From a virus (Duplodnaviria > Caudoviricetes), in IMG/VR virus record IMGVR_UViG_3300035492_000157, positions 1 to 35,479 of that record: a DNA stretch of 35,479 bases; one strand, 5' to 3'. Every line of letters starts with the position of its first letter. The stretch's first letter is position 1. Position numbers and translations under genes: made by a program. The notes beneath the pieces were generated by a model, which saw only the letters and a program-made list of their open reading frames with translations, ran no database searches and was not told the DNA's origin. Positions 31,528-35,479 of the stretch are shown in pieces.

Positions 31528-31862
31528 GGGCAGGCGTGTCACACGTGGTGCAACACGACGGCGCGCACAGCACAGGATCGACGTCTGGAAACGGCGGAAA
31601 TGCGACGTGCAACGTGTGTCACGCCGTCACACGACACCGGCCATATCGAAGATATGGACCGTGGTGTGCTGTGACAGACCGGCTGCAACACCATGTCACA
31701 CGTAGTCAGACGTGGCATGTGACACCCCCGAAACCCTAGGATTTCCGCCACTCTGACCACTTGGCATCTTTTGCAAGTAGTGTCACACGTGACACTCAGC
31801 CTGTCACGTGACATGGTGTGACAGGGCCCAAAAAGATGTTGCATAAAACAGCAACTTGCAAC
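31516..31862. repeat. Non-coding cluster of short direct/inverted repeats (GTCAC/GTGAC and TGCAAC/GTTGCA) and palindromes
   Basis: GTCAC at 31516, 31538, 31618, 31626, 31695, 31782, 31803; GTGAC at 31671, 31719, 31789, 31808, 31818; TGCAAC at 31549, 31608, 31684, 31857; GTTGCA at 31838. Confidence 0.85.
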
Positions 31863-31890
31863 TTTTTTCACGTTTCTTGCCCATGCCCAC

Positions 31891-31919
31891 TTGACCGTTT
31901 TAAACCACGCGCTTACAAG
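31891..31919 (+). promoter_or_regulatory. Early sigma70-type promoter 1
   Basis: TTGACC-17 nt-TACAAG with a T-rich upstream tract. The layout is duplicated at 33292. Confidence 0.7.
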
Positions 31920-31944
31920 AGCTCATCAGCAACGGAGACACGCC

Positions 31945-32151
31945 ATGACCGACCAGCCGACCATCATCTTCTACGCCATCGAGGCCGCCGCCGCCGAAGC
32001 CGAACTGGGCCTTGTAAGCTGCCACGCCGATGACAAGTTCCTGATCGTCGAGTTTTGGGCCGAGGCCGACCAGTACGAGATCAGCGGCGGTTTCAAAACC
32101 CGCGCCGCCCTCGACGAAGCCCTGAAGGGCGAGACTTTTTCTTGGTACTGA
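31945..32151 (+). CDS. Small acidic early protein, 68 aa
   Basis: ATG at 31945 after a GGAGA SD (MTDQPTIIFY...). First gene after promoter 1. Confidence 0.75.
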   Translation: MTDQPTIIFYAIEAAAAEAELGLVSCHADDKFLIVEFWAEADQYEISGGFKTRAALDEALKGETFSWY

Positions 32152-32177
32152 CACCCAGCCAGCAACGGAGACACGCC

Positions 32178-32798
32178 ATGACCGACACTACCTACACCGG
32201 GATTTGCCAAGCATGCGGCCGCCGTCAGGCTGTCCACGTGCACGGCGGCAAGATCGCCAAGCACGGCTACACCACCGACTGGGGCTTCTTCAACGGTACC
32301 TGCGGCGGCTCGGACCACCTGCCCCTTGAGCAGGACGACGCCTACAACCTGACCGTCGTCGCCAACCTGCACGACTGGGCCGCCAAACTGATCGACGAGG
32401 CGGCGGGTGAGATCACCACCGTTCCGGTGCAAGTCACCACTGACCAGCTCGACGCGTACGGCCGTCGCAAGAAGGCCATCGTGCAGGTCAATGCCGACGA
32501 GTGGGCCGCGCGCCGCGACTGCTACGGCACCTTCGAGCAGGCCGTCGAGCGCGTCCGCTTCGGTCTGCGCCGTCAGGCTGAGCTGGCCGTCGCTCAGGCC
32601 GACGAGCTCGACGGCCTGCGCCGCAAGGTGCACGGCCACCCCCTCACCCCGCGCGCCGAGGAGGCGCCCATTCAGCGCGAGACCTATGGCACGTATGCCG
32701 AGGCGTACGCCCGCGTCGAGGAGCTGAAGGCCGCCGGGCGCAAGGCGCAGCAGCGCCGCGACCGCTGGCTCCGCCAGTACCACGTTACCTACCGCTGA
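32178..32798 (+). CDS. Early protein with N-terminal CxxC...H...C Zn-finger-like motif, 206 aa
   Basis: ATG at 32178 after a GGAGA SD; 'GICQACGR...IAKHGY.....F.GTCGGS'. Confidence 0.78.
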   Translation: MTDTTYTGICQACGRRQAVHVHGGKIAKHGYTTDWGFFNGTCGGSDHLPLEQDDAYNLTVVANLHDWAAKLIDEAAGEITTVPVQVTTDQLDAYGRRKKAIVQVNADEWAARRDCYGTFEQAVERVRFGLRRQAELAVAQADELDGLRRKVHGHPLTPRAEEAPIQRETYGTYAEAYARVEELKAAGRKAQQRRDRWLRQYHVTYR

Positions 32799-32807
32799 CC
32801 ACCAACC

Positions 32808-32827
32808 GGGGCGGCTCCGGCCGCCCC
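32808..32827 (+). other. GC-rich hairpin with UNCG tetraloop between early genes
   Basis: GGGGCGGC-TCCG-GCCGCCCC with no U tract, so more likely a stabiliser or processing hairpin than a terminator. Confidence 0.6.
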
Positions 32828-32851
32828 ACACCAACGAAGGAGCACACCACC

Positions 32852-33268
32852 ATGGGTAATCAAGCAGTCATCACCACCGCCCCGTACAAGCCGGGCAACG
32901 TCGGCATCTACGTTCACTGGAACGGCGGCCGCGCATCCATCGAGGGCTTCCTGCGGGCGGCCAAGGAGCTGGGCTACCGCCCGCCCCAGACCGACAGCAG
33001 TTACGCCCTCGCCGGGCTGGCAGGCCTGATCTGGTCCTACATCGGCACGGACGGCACCAGCGTCGGCGTCGGCCTGTGCAAGGACCTCGACTGCGACAAC
33101 GGGGACAACGGCACCTACCTGATCGGCGGGGACTGGGAGATCGTCGGCCGCAAGTTCCACGAGGGGCCGGAGGAGATCAACGAGGCCAAGACGGCCGCCA
33201 TCGCCAAGTGCCTCAAGGTCAAGGCCAAGGCGGCCGCCGACGCCCAGATCGAGGAGAAGCAGGTCTAG
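32852..33268 (+). CDS. Early hypothetical protein, 138 aa
   Basis: AAGGAG SD; 'MGNQAVI....GIYVHWNGG...DNGTY' pattern; normal codon usage. Confidence 0.8.
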   Translation: MGNQAVITTAPYKPGNVGIYVHWNGGRASIEGFLRAAKELGYRPPQTDSSYALAGLAGLIWSYIGTDGTSVGVGLCKDLDCDNGDNGTYLIGGDWEIVGRKFHEGPEEINEAKTAAIAKCLKVKAKAAADAQIEEKQV

Positions 33269-33291
33269 CGAATTATTGTGCCCGCCCCCTC

Positions 33292-33320
33292 TTGACCGGG
33301 TTAAGCGCCTGCTTTAAGAG
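33292..33320 (+). promoter_or_regulatory. Early sigma70-type promoter 2
   Basis: TTGACC-17 nt-TAAGAG, followed by the same CATCAGCAACGGAGAC leader as promoter 1. Confidence 0.7.
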
Positions 33321-33345
33321 GGGGCATCAGCAACGGAGACCTACC

Positions 33346-33672
33346 ATGAGCACTGGCATCCAGAACCGCATCGGCAACTACCTGCACGCAGACGGCGCCG
33401 CGCGCCGCTACCTGATCGACGGCACGCACTACATCATCGGCATCGCCGGGGCGTACGACGCGTACGGCCTGATCGGGCCCGAGCACAACGGCCTGTTCAT
33501 CCTCGACGATGACGACAAGCGCGTCATCCTCGACCGGCACTGCGAGATCAGCTCGGGCTACCACGGCCCCAGCCGCGAGCAGTGGGCGGAGTTCAAGCGT
33601 GTGGCTGAGCTGCCCGCGCCCGCCTTCCGCAACTTCATCCGCAACCACCCGCGCTATCGCGGCGACGCCTGA
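33346..33672 (+). CDS. Early hypothetical protein, 108 aa
   Basis: ATG at 33346 after GGAGA (MSTGIQNRIGNY...). Confidence 0.78.
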   Translation: MSTGIQNRIGNYLHADGAARRYLIDGTHYIIGIAGAYDAYGLIGPEHNGLFILDDDDKRVILDRHCEISSGYHGPSREQWAEFKRVAELPAPAFRNFIRNHPRYRGDA

Positions 33673-33682
33673 GAGGAGCACC

Positions 33683-33901
33683 ATGCGCAACTGGTTCCCC
33701 ACCCTCAACGACGCCCTCGACGCGGAGGGCCTGTACCTGCTCTGGCCCGTCGGCGTGAACATCGCCTACGGCCAGACCGTCAGCCTCTCGGCAGGCGGCC
33801 GCTGGATCAGCATCTACCGCGACGAGCGGGGCCTGTACGAGCGCCCCGTCCACTACGCCACCAAGGTCCCCGAGACCTATCCTCTGGAGTACGCAGCATG
33901 A
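33683..33901 (+). CDS. Early hypothetical protein, 72 aa
   Basis: GAGGAG SD, ATG at 33683 (MRNWFPTLND...), ATGA overlap with the next gene. Confidence 0.75.
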   Translation: MRNWFPTLNDALDAEGLYLLWPVGVNIAYGQTVSLSAGGRWISIYRDERGLYERPVHYATKVPETYPLEYAA

Positions 33902-34089
33902 CCGACTTCGACATCGCCGACCACGGCTCGCTCATCATCCTGCGCCCGGTCTCGGCCGAGGCGCGGGACTGGATCGACGACAACCTCGACCCGAACACCC
34001 AGTGGGGCTTCGGCGGCGCCGTGATCGAGCGGCGCTACTTCCAGCCCATCTACGAGGGCGTCGTCAACGACGGCCTGACCATCAGCTAG
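33898..34089 (+). CDS. Early acidic hypothetical protein, 63 aa
   Basis: GGAG SD and ATGA overlap; 'HGSLIILRP.S..A..W.......Q' pattern. Confidence 0.75.
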   Translation: MTDFDIADHGSLIILRPVSAEARDWIDDNLDPNTQWGFGGAVIERRYFQPIYEGVVNDGLTIS

Positions 34090-34101
34090 GAGCACAGCAT
34101 C

Positions 34102-34395
34102 ATGACCGACTACGTCCACGACCACTTCGCCCGCCACCCCGGCACCATACGCCGTGGCATCACTTGCGCCGACGGTTTCTCGATCAGCGTGCAGGCCAGC
34201 AGCTTCCACTACTGCTCACCGCGCGAGGACAACGCCGAGCGCTACGACAGCGTCGAGGTGGGCTTCCCCGAGCGCCCCGATGGCACCGGATACCGCATCC
34301 GCTCGTTTGGCAGGGGGTCCAGAGGCATCTACGGCTGGGTGCCGGTCTCGACCGTCAACCGCTGGATCAAGCGTCACGGGGGGCTGGCGGCATGA
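34102..34395 (+). CDS. Early hypothetical protein, 97 aa
   Basis: AGGAG SD. 'ITCADGFSISVQAS..HYC.PR.....Y..VEVGFP...IYGWVPV......I..HGG' is a recurrent phage family pattern. Confidence 0.8.
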   Translation: MTDYVHDHFARHPGTIRRGITCADGFSISVQASSFHYCSPREDNAERYDSVEVGFPERPDGTGYRIRSFGRGSRGIYGWVPVSTVNRWIKRHGGLAA

Positions 34396-34601
34396 GGCTG
34401 TACCCGACCGTCCCCAAGCGCGCTTGGGCCAACGCTCCGTCCACGCTCCAGCCCGAGCACAAGTGGCACGGTCGGCTGGTGCTGGCCGTGCGCGACCGGC
34501 CCGGCTGGGCGCGCGTCTACTTCACCGAGGGGCACATCGTCAGTGCCAGCATCCCCACCAACGCCCTCGCCGAGGGCTGGCCCGCTGAACAGGAGACCTG
34601 A
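34392..34601 (+). CDS. Early hypothetical protein, 69 aa
   Basis: ATGA overlap at 34392 (MRLYPTVPKR...); its stop is 3 nt before the next start. Confidence 0.65.
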   Translation: MRLYPTVPKRAWANAPSTLQPEHKWHGRLVLAVRDRPGWARVYFTEGHIVSASIPTNALAEGWPAEQET

Positions 34602-34604
34602 GCC

Positions 34605-34868
34605 ATGAGCATCCGCTACCCAGTTAGAGCCGCCGTGCGCAGCAATGCGAACGACATTCCGAAGCCCAAAACCCCGCACAACACCATCGGTATCTTTGAC
34701 GATTTCGGCTACTGGGTGACCTTTGGGTACGGCCCCCTTGAGCTGCCGGGCGACAACCTTGACCTCGGCAACAAAATCGCCGCCTTCATCAACAAGGCGT
34801 ACCGCGATGGCCAAGCCGACGCGCAAAAGACCCTGCGTGAGGCGCTGGGCATCGTACAGGAGGACTGA
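34605..34868 (+). CDS. Early hypothetical protein, 87 aa
   Basis: AGGAG SD; C-terminal 'AYRDGQADAQ..LREALGI'. Confidence 0.72.
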   Translation: MSIRYPVRAAVRSNANDIPKPKTPHNTIGIFDDFGYWVTFGYGPLELPGDNLDLGNKIAAFINKAYRDGQADAQKTLREALGIVQED

Positions 34869-34871
34869 GCC

Positions 34872-35057
34872 ATGAAACTGACACCCGACGAGATCGACGA
34901 AGTCACGGCCACTTTCGCGCGCAAGCTAGACTTGGCCGAGCGTGTCGTCGAGGCGCTCAAGAGCCACAACCGCGAGGGAGCCATCACCCTCTTATGCACG
35001 TGGATGGAGCCCGACGTGCTTGAGGCGATGCTGGCGAGCTGGGGAAAACTGAAATGA
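34872..35057 (+). CDS. Early hypothetical protein, 61 aa
   Basis: GGAGG SD; ATGA overlap with the next gene. Confidence 0.72.
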   Translation: MKLTPDEIDEVTATFARKLDLAERVVEALKSHNREGAITLLCTWMEPDVLEAMLASWGKLK

Positions 35058-35476
35058 GCAAGAGGCGCATCCTGTGCCGCCGCTGCGGCTTCCCGCCTGA
35101 GCGCACCCAGACGGCCTACGGCCTCCGTCTGGACTGCTGCGGCCTGTGGGCGTGGGGCGAGCACCCTCTGGCCGACAGGGCCACGCACGAGGCGCGCAAG
35201 GCGGCCCACGCCGCCTTCGACCCGATCTGGAAGCGCGGACACCTCTCGCGCGGCGAGGCGTACCGCCGACTGGCCGAGGCCATGGGCCTGTCGTCCGACG
35301 AGTGCCATATGAAGCTGATGACGGCCGAGCAGGCCAGCCGCGTGCCGGACATCGCCGCGTGCCTGCTGGCCGAGGCCCGCGCCCAGAAGCTGGAACAGGG
35401 CGGCATGCGCGCCGACCGGGCCCGGATGGTGGCCGTCGCCGAGGCTTCGGGGCACTTGCAAATTATTTCGGGCTAG
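35054..35476 (+). CDS. Zinc-finger protein (DUF3268-like), 140 aa
   Basis: CxxC...CC, then 'LAD..T..ARKAAHAAFDPIWK...SRGEAYRRLAEAMGL....CH'. Confidence 0.72.
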   Translation: MSKRRILCRRCGFPPERTQTAYGLRLDCCGLWAWGEHPLADRATHEARKAAHAAFDPIWKRGHLSRGEAYRRLAEAMGLSSDECHMKLMTAEQASRVPDIAACLLAEARAQKLEQGGMRADRARMVAVAEASGHLQIISG

Positions 35477-35479
35477 GGG

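Noticed and set aside
31516-31862. Possible CRISPR mini-array
   Set aside because: The repeats are only 5-8 bp, irregularly spaced and in both orientations. There is no 25-40 bp repeat/spacer periodicity and no cas gene.
31451-31871. Cys/His/Thr-rich ORFs across the switch region
   Set aside because: Their 'CH', 'VT' and 'CD' content is simply the translation of the GTCAC/GTGAC repeats. They have no SD and atypical codons.
31900-33317. TTAA-N9-TTA(A/C) in both early promoters as CtrA boxes
   Set aside because: The canonical CtrA site is TTAA-N7-TTAA. The spacing here is 9 and may just reflect the duplicated promoter.
13200-34601. Longer ORF-track starts (13628, 22122, 31542, 31891, 32055, 33076, 33509, 34002)
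   Set aside because: Each extension overlaps another gene, promoter or hairpin. The downstream ATGs have proper SDs or stop/start overlaps and were used instead.
1-35479. Prophage or mobile-element hallmarks, tRNA genes
   Set aside because: No integrase, repressor, transposase, att-like junction with host genes or tRNA cloverleaf was recognised. Lifestyle cannot be determined from this window.

Overview
A ~35 kb, GC-rich (about two-thirds GC by eye) segment of a tailed dsDNA phage with podovirus-type gene content. The host is Gram-negative (embedded Rz/Rz1 spanins) and probably alphaproteobacterial (inferred from apparent GANTC/RGATCY avoidance and promoter style). Positions ~31460 to 1 (minus strand) form one tightly coupled late region. 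It runs TerS, TerL, portal, an Acb2/Tad1-like hairpin protein, GroES-like co-chaperonin, scaffold, capsid and decoration genes, a cluster of small basic 'GG-motif' proteins, a first fibre module and a head-tail adaptor. It continues with a ferritin-like protein, a metallophosphoesterase inside the lysis cassette (GH108 endolysin, holin, spanins), a second fibre module, the tail nozzle and four ejection-type proteins, the last truncated by the window edge. A ~400 bp non-coding switch region (31470-31920) is packed with GTCAC/TGCAAC repeats and palindromes. Beyond it a divergent plus-strand array of small early genes has repeated promoters and leaders. No integrase, replication gene, tRNA or CRISPR array is visible. 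The most unusual observations are: (1) a shared 16-aa N-terminal leader and recurring [FYM]xxGG motifs, suggesting a capsid-targeting or polyprotein-processing system for virion-internal proteins; (2) the iteron/cruciform-like switch region; (3) a candidate immune-signal sponge in the head operon; (4) codon-level avoidance of three methylation/restriction motifs; (5) a two-hairpin, anti-SD-loop RNA element before the ferritin-like gene. Family assignments come from motif recognition from memory, not from database searches.
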